From NCBI GenBank assembly GCA_049510745.1, contig JBEKYR010000071.1, positions 1 through 15,342 on the forward strand: 15,342 nucleotides of DNA. Reading direction: 5' to 3'. The notes under the pieces are model-generated. The model made no database searches and had not been told where the DNA came from. It saw nothing but the letters and a program-made list of their open reading frames with translations. Shown here in pieces: positions 1-5,945 of this stretch (position 1 is the stretch's first letter; each line of letters opens with the position of its first letter). The stretch is from Verrucomicrobiota bacterium. Lineage in GTDB: Bacteria; Verrucomicrobiota; Verrucomicrobiia; Limisphaerales; Palsa-1400. Made by a program: the position numbers and the translations under genes.

Positions 1-119
1 TTCGTGACCGTGAAGGTGGCCGCCGCCGCCGGACGGCCCAGCGCCAGGAGCCAGCAGCAGAAAAGCGGGAAAACATGCTTGGAAACTCGGATCCTCCGAG
101 TCACACCCTGGATTTTCAT
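1..119 (-). CDS. Secreted protein, N-terminal fragment (runs off the window edge; not in the ORF track)
   Basis: Manual translation from ATG at 119: MKIQGVTRRIRVSKHVFPLFCCWLLALGRPAAAATFTVT. It has a basic n-region, hydrophobic h-region and AxA cleavage site. The following ATFTVT is the typical start of TFTVTNtnDsG-type extracellular beta-helix/CSLREA-like proteins. Confidence 0.75.
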   Translation of the reverse strand, partial: MKIQGVTRRIRVSKHVFPLFCCWLLALGRPAAAATFTVT

Positions 120-131
120 TTGGTTTCTGGC

Positions 132-148
132 AGCACTTTTCACGCCAG
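132..148 (-). promoter_or_regulatory. Putative sigma54 -24/-12 promoter
   Basis: Minus strand CTGGCGTGAAAAGTGCT has exact GG-N10-GC spacing and three mismatches to YTGGCACGrNNNTTGCW. It lies just upstream of ATG 119. Confidence 0.4.
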
Positions 149-192
149 ATTACTGATTTTCGCCCATTTTTCTTTCTTCCGTCGTGTTGCAT

Positions 193-228
193 TCAAAAGT
201 TCACTTTTGCGTGCGATCAAAAGTTCAC
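193..228. promoter_or_regulatory. Putative transcription-factor sites (palindrome plus 12-bp direct repeat)
   Basis: Perfect palindrome CAAAAGT-TC-ACTTTTG at 194-209. TCAAAAGTTCAC occurs at both 193-204 and 217-228. Intergenic. Confidence 0.45.
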
Positions 229-285
229 AACCGGATTTCAGCACAAAGCGCTCCAAACCGCCTTTTTCGCGAGGAATCCTTCAAT

Positions 286-1500
286 TCACAAATCGTCTCG
301 AAGTCCCTCCAGGACGCCAATCAGGCTTGGCAGCAAGACTTTCTTCGAATAGGCGCCGACGACTATTGTTGACAATGGCCGGCGGCTGCTTGCCATTTTT
401 TGCCGCAAGTTTTGAATTTGATCCGCCAGAATCTCGCCTTCTCCATGTGTGACACGGATGGACGGATATTCATCACCGAGACGATTCAGGATTTCGGTGA
501 CGTGGCTGGGCGTTGGGCCGATGTAGATGACCGGCGCGCCTACGGACAGGATGTTGTAAATCTTGCACGGATGCACCAGGCCAAGCATGGCTTCGCCCAT
601 CACCACGACATGGAGGTCGCCGGCCGATAACGATGCGGCAAGCTGGTTCAGCGGCTGATAGGGAAGGCACAACGCGTTTCCTTTCCCGTCTTTTGCCCAT
701 TGTTTGACACGTTCAAATTCACTTCCGCCACCAACAAAGCAAAACACAATATCAGGATTCCCCCGCATGTTCTCCGCCGCCTTAAGCAATGTATCCAACG
801 GATGCACCGGGCTATGATTCCCCGAATACATCACCACGAACTTCCCCTCCAAACCGTGCGCCTTCCGAAATCGCGCGCGACCGGACGGATCAAAACGCAC
901 CTCATCATCGTGCGACCATGGCGGAATCACCGTGATTTTCTCCGGCGCAATGCCTTTCGCCACAATCCGATCACGCATAAACCGATCCAAAGCGACGATG
1001 GAATCCGCCTGTCGAAGACTGAAGCGCGACATTCTCTCCAAAACCCTGGCCAGCGCAGAATCCGCCCGCAACCAACCCGCCGCGATCGCCTCATCAGGAT
1101 TGAAATCCATCACCCAGTAACAGAATCTCGCCCGCCATAATTTTGCCCTCCACGCGCCGATGAATGAGATTAACGGCGGCGTCGTCAACGCAACGACCAC
1201 ATCGTGCCGTGGCAACATGGCCAACCGCGCACAGCACGACAGAATAAACGTTCCGAAGTCCATCGCCCTCCGCCATTTCGTTTTCTTGCGATAGCCCGTT
1301 GAATAGACCCGGTAAATCTCCACCCCGCTCCAACTCTCCCGAGGAGGAAAAGTCACCTGGCGATTATCATAAGCCTGGCGTCCCGTGACCACCGTGACCG
1401 AGTGTCCCCGCTTCACCAGTTCCGACGCCAACTCGCTCAGATACTGGCCGGTAGCCATAACGTCCGGGTAAAACGTCTGGTTGAGCAAAAGAATTCTCAA
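286..1500 (-). CDS. Glycosyltransferase family 4 (WcaI/WbuB-like)
   Basis: 404 aa with N-terminal RILLLNQTFYPD, VALTTPP, WVMDFNPDEA, VMYSGN and PCKIYNILSVGAPVI, typical of GT-B GT4 WbuB/WcaI-like enzymes. TTG start. Confidence 0.92.
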   Translation of the reverse strand: MRILLLNQTFYPDVMATGQYLSELASELVKRGHSVTVVTGRQAYDNRQVTFPPRESWSGVEIYRVYSTGYRKKTKWRRAMDFGTFILSCCARLAMLPRHDVVVALTTPPLISFIGAWRAKLWRARFCYWVMDFNPDEAIAAGWLRADSALARVLERMSRFSLRQADSIVALDRFMRDRIVAKGIAPEKITVIPPWSHDDEVRFDPSGRARFRKAHGLEGKFVVMYSGNHSPVHPLDTLLKAAENMRGNPDIVFCFVGGGSEFERVKQWAKDGKGNALCLPYQPLNQLAASLSAGDLHVVVMGEAMLGLVHPCKIYNILSVGAPVIYIGPTPSHVTEILNRLGDEYPSIRVTHGEGEILADQIQNLRQKMASSRRPLSTIVVGAYSKKVLLPSLIGVLEGLRDDL

Positions 1501-1539
1501 ATCAAGATGGGTTCGTTTGGCAAAAATGCTCTTTTTCGC

Positions 1540-2433
1540 TCAAGGTCTTTCCGACACCTCCATCGTCAGTGGCGGCGGCACCGCCTCCCCCTGGCGCATC
1601 CGCTGCAACCGTTCCAACTGGCTCATGGCGCGATATTGCTGCCTCTCCAGCTTCGTTTCATACCGAAGGATTTTTTCCAACACCTCCATGGATGGCAGCA
1701 CCGCTGCCGCCTGCCGCGCCTGCTCTTCCGCCGCTTCCCGCTTCTCACAACGGGTCTGGCGCCATCTCAACATACCCAATTCGCGGTCAATATAAGCCAG
1801 CGCCTGTTTCTTGTTTTCTTCCTTTCGGATGGCTTCATCCACCCCGTTGGAGTTTTGTGACAATCGAAGACGCAACTTCTCCAATTCCCGCGAGAACCAG
1901 TTCGGTTTGTCATGGTACGGGAATTTTTGTATGGCCGCTTCGGTTAATTCCCCGTCTTTTTCCACCTGCGCACGAACATCGCGCAGCCAGTCTGTTAGAA
2001 TGGAATTCCCAAAAGCAGAATCTTGCATGGCCGCCACTCGATCACTCGAAAATTCCCATCGCATGACCTCCATTTTCACATCGGGCCGGCTCCGATTCCA
2101 CTGGCCCTCGTCCACGCTCAAGGCGATTTCTCCCGATTCCGCCCTCAACGCCCGCCTTAACCGCCAGTGCGCCGTCACTATTTGGTCCACCAGCATCTCC
2201 TCCACTGGCCCGACCGGGTTTAACTCCTGGCAGAACCGCTCATGCAGGGCGGCCAACTCCCGGCTGCTTTCCTTGATGTTCAGACCTTGCACCAGCACCT
2301 CCTTGGACAAGATGCCGTGCTTGAGCGCGTTCATTTTGGAAACGGCGCGGCCCTCCGGCGTTTTCGGCCCGGTGGATTTCTGCGCGTTGCGCCCGTTGGC
2401 GGCAAGTTGTTTCAACGACATCGTTTTATGCAT
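1540..2433 (-). CDS. Conserved hypothetical protein with N-terminal ANxRNAQKSTGPKTPEG..S..NALKHG motif (STGP family, reminiscent of HGGxSTG proteins)
   Basis: Motif KQLAANGRNAQKSTGPKTPEGRAVSKMNALKHGILSKEV, central PVGPVEEMLVDQIVTAHWRLRR, C-terminal KILRYETKLERQQYRAMSQLERLQ. ATG 2433 or 2421 is preferred over the track's TTG 2451, which lies inside the junction repeat. Confidence 0.85.
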   Translation of the reverse strand: MHKTMSLKQLAANGRNAQKSTGPKTPEGRAVSKMNALKHGILSKEVLVQGLNIKESSRELAALHERFCQELNPVGPVEEMLVDQIVTAHWRLRRALRAESGEIALSVDEGQWNRSRPDVKMEVMRWEFSSDRVAAMQDSAFGNSILTDWLRDVRAQVEKDGELTEAAIQKFPYHDKPNWFSRELEKLRLRLSQNSNGVDEAIRKEENKKQALAYIDRELGMLRWRQTRCEKREAAEEQARQAAAVLPSMEVLEKILRYETKLERQQYRAMSQLERLQRMRQGEAVPPPLTMEVSERP

Positions 2434-2442
2434 AAACTTTCC

Positions 2443-2470
2443 GCTTTCCAAATTTCAAATTTCACCTTTC
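2443..2470 (-). repeat. CTGAAA junction motif, copy A (degenerate)
   Basis: Minus strand GAAAGGTGAAATT-TGAAATTTGGAAAGC aligns with copies B and D with one gap. It lies between the KTSC stop and the STGP gene start. Confidence 0.55.
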
Positions 2471-2478
2471 TGTTTTTT

Positions 2479-2682
2479 TCAGCGATACTTCCCGCGAATG
2501 AAACGATTGTAATACGCGCCAATCGAACCGGCCTGCATCAGGCCAAGATAAACGTGATAGGGAACGTTTGGGTGATCATAAACGCGCCCGGTATGAAACT
2601 CGACCGTCAACGTGCTGCCGTCGTATCCAACGGCCCGGATGGCGGAGGAATCCACCGGAATCATGACAGTAAATCCGCTCAT
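2479..2682 (-). CDS. KTSC domain protein
   Basis: 67 aa; PVDSSAIRAVGYD..TLTVEFHTGRVYDHPNVPYHVYLGLMQAGSIGAYYNRFIRGKY matches the KTSC pattern. Purine-rich AGGGG lies upstream. Confidence 0.92.
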   Translation of the reverse strand: MSGFTVMIPVDSSAIRAVGYDGSTLTVEFHTGRVYDHPNVPYHVYLGLMQAGSIGAYYNRFIRGKYR

Positions 2683-2726
2683 AAGACACCCCTACGCCCT
2701 CCATCTCAGACGCGCAAAAGCTGTTT

Positions 2727-2757
2727 TTAGGGAAAACCGCCATGCGATTTTCCCTAA
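2727..2757. promoter_or_regulatory. 31-bp near-perfect palindrome upstream of the KTSC gene
   Basis: TTAGGGAAAA-C-CGC-[CAT]-GCG-A-TTTTCCCTAA: 10-bp perfect arms plus 3 inner pairs. The function (operator or RNA hairpin) is unknown. Confidence 0.5.
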
Positions 2758-2783
2758 GAGCCTGTTTGAAAACTTGTATCCAA

Positions 2784-2808
2784 CGCCGCGTGAGGCCACG
2801 CGGCCTAC
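2784..2808 (-). repeat. GTAG-type REP-like hairpin 1
   Basis: Minus strand GTAG-GCCGCGTG-GCCT-CACGCGGC-G: GTAG tetranucleotide followed by a perfect 8-bp GC-rich stem. Confidence 0.7.
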
Positions 2809-2834
2809 AGAAAACGGTGAGGATTCCAATTTTT

Positions 2835-2859
2835 GCAGGCCCGGTCCCCTGACCGGGCG
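2835..2859 (+). repeat. REP-like hairpin 2 (GCAG variant)
   Basis: GCAG-GCCCGGTC-CCCT-GACCGGGC-G: perfect 8-bp stem, same layout as hairpin 1, inverted orientation. Confidence 0.65.
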
Positions 2860-2875
2860 AGTTTTCAAACAGACT

Positions 2876-3817
2876 CTACGGAGGGTCATCTCCGTAGAAT
2901 TCAAGTCCAGTAGCTCGCCTCTTATTTGTGGCGGCCATCGTTTTAAGAGCGGCCAGAATGTCCTTGAAGATCGCATGCCGGACTGCGCCCTTCTTTGCGC
3001 CGTTGGCGTACCTCCGCCCGTCACGATACTTCTTCCACTCCGGCCGAAGGTGGAAGTCGGGCATCTCCTCCAAGATCATTTCCTTCCCCTTGCGCCAAAA
3101 TTGCAAGACAGTATCAGGCCGAATAGGGACCGGAATTGCTTCGATTCCGTTTATGAATTTGGGGAAAGGCAGCACAACGGTGCGAAGTCGTTCCTTGCGG
3201 TCAAATTCACGCCAACCTTTCTGCTGAACCTCGACAGATTCCAAATTCCGGTTCATCTCGATGCTATGGATAATTGCCCGGGCATAAATATTCGCCGCGG
3301 TGTCACTCAGAAAATAGGCTTTTGAGTCAACCAGTGGTGCGTCAGAGGTTCTGGAGCCGAGGTGCGAATCGGCTTTCATTTGGCGAACGACGGTGGCAGT
3401 CTCTGGATGGATTGAGAAGAACGCGGGTAATATTCTGCGACGCGGAGCAATTTGATCGAAGAGTTCGCGATGGCGCAGATATAATGAAAGAACATCACGA
3501 GCGGCGCTTGTCGCGATGGCGTATAAAGTCTCTGCGGCCTTCAAGTCATTTTCCTTGTAAATGCGATTGTCCAATTCTTGAAGGATCATATTGGCCTTTG
3601 TTCCCTCAGTCTCCTGCCGCCCCCAGAGAAAGTCATCCGTGTCATTTAGCTGCAACTCGCAAGTCCTGGCAATATGATCATCCACACCCCAGCTCTCAAA
3701 GTTCGGATTTGATGTCCCTCGGACAGTATAGCCGACTAGGTCCACAAAGCGCTTATGCGAAGGCCAATAGCAGGCATTCGCGGCTTTGGCCGTCTTGACA
3801 TCTTTTCGTTTTTGCAC
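2876..3817 (-). CDS. Hypothetical protein (313 aa, no family recognised)
   Basis: Long ORF co-oriented with its neighbours; GTG start preceded by AGGAG; protein-like composition. Its TAG stop overlaps the right inverted repeat of the MITE. Confidence 0.75.
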   Translation of the reverse strand: MQKRKDVKTAKAANACYWPSHKRFVDLVGYTVRGTSNPNFESWGVDDHIARTCELQLNDTDDFLWGRQETEGTKANMILQELDNRIYKENDLKAAETLYAIATSAARDVLSLYLRHRELFDQIAPRRRILPAFFSIHPETATVVRQMKADSHLGSRTSDAPLVDSKAYFLSDTAANIYARAIIHSIEMNRNLESVEVQQKGWREFDRKERLRTVVLPFPKFINGIEAIPVPIRPDTVLQFWRKGKEMILEEMPDFHLRPEWKKYRDGRRYANGAKKGAVRHAIFKDILAALKTMAATNKRRATGLEFYGDDPP

Positions 3818-3830
3818 AGATTCTCCTGTC

Positions 3831-3859
3831 TCTTTCCCAGTTTCAGAATTTCAGCTTTT
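3831..3859 (-). repeat. CTGAAA junction motif, copy B
   Basis: Minus strand AAAAGCTGAAATTCTGAAACTGGGAAAGA is 25/29 identical to copy D (6028-6056). Confidence 0.7.
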
Positions 3860-3861
3860 AA

Positions 3862-3891
3862 CACAATGGCCGTGGCGTCCACCACAATCAT
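3862..3891 (-). pseudogene. vapC: Truncated PIN-domain (VapC/FitB-like) toxin, first ~10 codons only
   Basis: ATG at 3891 overlaps the antitoxin stop (ATGA) and reads MIVVDATAIV, the canonical PIN first strand with its catalytic Asp. It then enters the CTGAAA repeat, and the frame closes at 3736 after 51 aa with a non-PIN tail. Confidence 0.72.
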
Positions 3892-4127
3892 TTCCGTCCC
3901 TCCCGGATCGCGGCCCGCGTTTCGGCCAGTGACAAGCGCGCCTTCGATGGAATTGAAAGGATGACGCGGCGCAACTCCGATTCGCTCATGCGCGGAGCGT
4001 CCAGGGCGTTTTTCAAAACGACGATGGTTTCCGAATTGAGGCTGCGCTTGTGGGCTGCGGCGCGCTCACTGAGGGCCTGGTGGACCTCAGCCGGACAATC
4101 CCAGATTGTAAGGCAGACTGACTTCAT
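3888..4127 (-). CDS. FitA/Arc-like ribbon-helix-helix antitoxin (VapB-type)
   Basis: 79 aa. MKSVCLTIWDCPAEVHQALSERAAAHKRSLNSETIVVLKNAL fits the LTIRxxPxEVHxALxxRAxxHxRSLxxE RHH pattern. It ends RAAIREGRK and is coupled to a PIN-type start. Confidence 0.88.
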   Translation of the reverse strand: MKSVCLTIWDCPAEVHQALSERAAAHKRSLNSETIVVLKNALDAPRMSESELRRVILSIPSKARLSLAETRAAIREGRK

Positions 4128-4133
4128 GCGGCC

Positions 4134-4154
4134 ATTATAGTGCATGCGACTGCA
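4134..4154 (-). promoter_or_regulatory. -10 box and putative autoregulatory operator of the TA operon
   Basis: Perfect TATAAT (4134-4139, minus) 6 nt before ATG 4127, with no Shine-Dalgarno. TGCA-N6-TGCA inverted repeat at 4141-4154. Confidence 0.55.
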
Positions 4155-4182
4155 AAATGAAAGCGCAATTTCGGCACGGCCT

Positions 4183-4195
4183 CAATTTCAGTTTT
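4183..4195 (-). repeat. CTGAAA junction motif, copy C (partial)
   Basis: Minus strand AAAACTGAAATTG is identical to 13 nt of copy D and lies 4 nt from the hairpin array. Confidence 0.5.
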
Positions 4196-4199
4196 CCTT

Positions 4200-4372
4200 G
4201 GCCCGTGAAATCGGCTTGATATTTCACTGAGCCTTGGCCCGTGAAGTGCGGAGCTACTTCACCGGCCGAGGCCCGTGATGTCTTCAGTTTGCTACTTCAC
4301 CGGCCCGTGAAATACCCTGGTCTATTTCACTGGGCATCGGCCCGTGAAATGGCCTCGACTATTTCACAGGGC
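4200..4372. repeat. Tandem array of five palindromic units GGCCC-GTGAART-(8-12 nt)-AYTTCAC-N-GG
   Basis: Units start at 4200, 4236, 4270, 4302 and 4339. Stems are GTGAAAT/ATTTCAC (three units), GTGAAGT/ACTTCAC and GTGATGT/ACTTCAC. All loops differ. Confidence 0.9.
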
Positions 4373-4376
4373 AGCC

Positions 4377-4425
4377 CTCCGTTCTCTAGCCTCTGGCTTC
4401 TGACCTCCGACTTCTGACCTCTGCT
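4377..4425. repeat. Degenerate heptamer tandem repeat (7 units, YTCYGAC-like)
   Basis: CTCCGTT CTCTAGC CTCTGGC TTCTGAC CTCCGAC TTCTGAC CTCTGCT, directly downstream of the O-antigen ligase stop. Confidence 0.75.
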
Positions 4426-5945
4426 CAAGAATTGTGGGACAAGGTGAAAAGCGCCGCACACAGGACAAGGAAAAGAAAAACTACGGAATAAATTTGAAAT
4501 GGGAAATCGTATCGCGCATAAAACAGGCAGCCGGCCAAAGCAGCCCAGAATAGCAGCATCAAATACCAGGAACCGTGAATGCCGCGCGCCACAAACCAGT
4601 GGGAGAGCGCGATGAAAAGGGCCAACGCAATCAACACGCTGCCCAGCACCCCGAATGTAATCAGCGTTTCCAGCCAGTCGTTGTGGAGTTGTTCAGGCCA
4701 ATAGTCTTCCATGTTAGACCGATAGAGCTGAAATAGCACCCCGAACGTTCCAGGCCCAGTTCCGAATAACGGGCAATCGTCCGCCATCGGACGAGCTATA
4801 TCGTAAAAATTATTTCTACCTTCCAAATTCATTTCAAATTGATGTTCTTCGAATCGTGGCGCCAGTTTGTTCCATTCGATGCATGCACTCAACCCCAGAA
4901 CCACCGCCACAGCAACAACGATACCGACCTTGGTCTGGCGGTCCCCTTTGTGTTGGACACTCCACAGGACCACCGCCGCCACCGCCAGATTCATCACTGC
5001 CACAACCGCCCCAAGCCGGCTGGCGGAAATAATTGGGCACGCTGCCATGAGCATCGCGCACACCAGAATCATGTGCCGGGCGCGCAGCCCAAACGCTTTG
5101 CTGTCGCGCAAACCGCGCCGGGCCGCTCGCTCCAGGCTCCACCACAGACCCAACGACACTGGCCACAGCAAGTTGAAGTATTGCGCCGCATTGGAGCGGT
5201 AGGCGTACGGGCCGAACTGGTCGAACGCATCCTGGTTCGTATGCGTTGGCATGACAAAGAGGAGATAAGGCGTTCCATTCAGGCGCTGGAGAATGGATTC
5301 AACTCCCAGGAGCCCGCCGTTAACACTTAAAACCCAAAGCAGCCGCCTTAGACGATCCGGCAGGAGAGATGCACGGCGCCCTTTGGAATTGAAAGGTTGG
5401 CTTCGTTCAGCCAGCTCTTCCGCGCTGGTTTTTCCGAGAAGCCAGTCGCGCAGTGCCCAAAATGAAAGGGCCATCGCCAGATAATTATAGAAAGCTGACC
5501 AGGAACTGGATTGGGCATAGCTGTGTGGAAGCCAGGAAATGACGTCGTGATACTCGAACGTGGCGGTCTCACGATTGTACGTGACCCGGGCGTTCAAGGC
5601 GCTAGCCAGGCAATAACCAAGAATAATCGCGGTCAAGATCGCCAGAGCTTGGGTGAGAACGCGTTGGGCTGAAAACTCGTCTCGGGAATCAGATTGATCT
5701 TCGATGCCGCGCTCGCCCCATCGCGGATTGCGATAGCCAGTCAAAAAGCGGATAGCCAGCTTGATCGCCAAGAAGAAACCCGCCAGATAACCGACTCCGT
5801 TCATCACCCAGATGGACCAAAGTTGGGTGGTGCCGAAAGCCCAGGGACTGAAGATCACCATGAAGTAGAACAACTTCTCTGATGCATCGTCACACACCCG
5901 GTGCATCCGCAACATTCGCAACGAAAGACTTAGGGGTCTGAGCAT
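4425..5945 (-). CDS. O-antigen ligase / Wzy_C family membrane protein
   Basis: 506 aa with many hydrophobic segments and the motifs FGPYAYRSNAAQYF, SASRLG, PLFGTGPGTF, HNDWLETLITFGVLG and DFPFQI. Confidence 0.9.
   Translation of the reverse strand: MLRPLSLSLRMLRMHRVCDDASEKLFYFMVIFSPWAFGTTQLWSIWVMNGVGYLAGFFLAIKLAIRFLTGYRNPRWGERGIEDQSDSRDEFSAQRVLTQALAILTAIILGYCLASALNARVTYNRETATFEYHDVISWLPHSYAQSSSWSAFYNYLAMALSFWALRDWLLGKTSAEELAERSQPFNSKGRRASLLPDRLRRLLWVLSVNGGLLGVESILQRLNGTPYLLFVMPTHTNQDAFDQFGPYAYRSNAAQYFNLLWPVSLGLWWSLERAARRGLRDSKAFGLRARHMILVCAMLMAACPIISASRLGAVVAVMNLAVAAVVLWSVQHKGDRQTKVGIVVAVAVVLGLSACIEWNKLAPRFEEHQFEMNLEGRNNFYDIARPMADDCPLFGTGPGTFGVLFQLYRSNMEDYWPEQLHNDWLETLITFGVLGSVLIALALFIALSHWFVARGIHGSWYLMLLFWAALAGCLFYARYDFPFQIYSVVFLFLVLCAALFTLSHNS

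Larger units (their letters stand above)
2757..2877. mobile_element. MITE-like non-autonomous element with 18-bp terminal inverted repeats (IS5-family-like ends)
   Basis: Left AGAGCCTGTTTGAAAACT (2757-2774) matches the reverse complement of right AGTTTTCAAACAGACTCT (2860-2877) at 17/18. The ends sit in TA-containing context (TAA 2755-2757, TAC 2877-2879). No coding capacity. Confidence 0.7.

Noticed and set aside
286..2433. TGA read-through fusion of the STGP protein and GT4 (same frame, 13 codons apart)
   Set aside because: Sharing a frame is a 1-in-3 coincidence, both proteins look complete, and no recoding signal is evident.
2692..3024. 110-aa minus-strand ORF spanning the MITE
   Set aside because: It overlaps the 313-aa gene in another frame, reads through palindromic non-coding elements and has no transposase motifs.
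2612..3325. 237-aa plus-strand ORF and other plus-strand ORFs (e.g. 1811-2512, 10344-10940, 13675-14319)
   Set aside because: They are antisense shadows of better-supported minus-strand genes, or run across repeats, and show no recognisable motifs.
3736..3891. 51-aa ORF as an intact small toxin
   Set aside because: Only the first ~10 residues are PIN-like. The rest derives from the repeat and an alternative frame of the next gene.
4200..4372. CRISPR array or TIGR array
   Set aside because: Variable segments are only 8-12 nt and lie inside the hairpins. The period is irregular (32-37 nt). No cas gene or recognisable Nop-domain gene is in the window.
1501..4424. Classical integron with attC sites
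   Set aside because: I found no RYYYAAC...GTTRRRY-bounded 57-141 bp palindromes at the junctions, and there is no intI gene.
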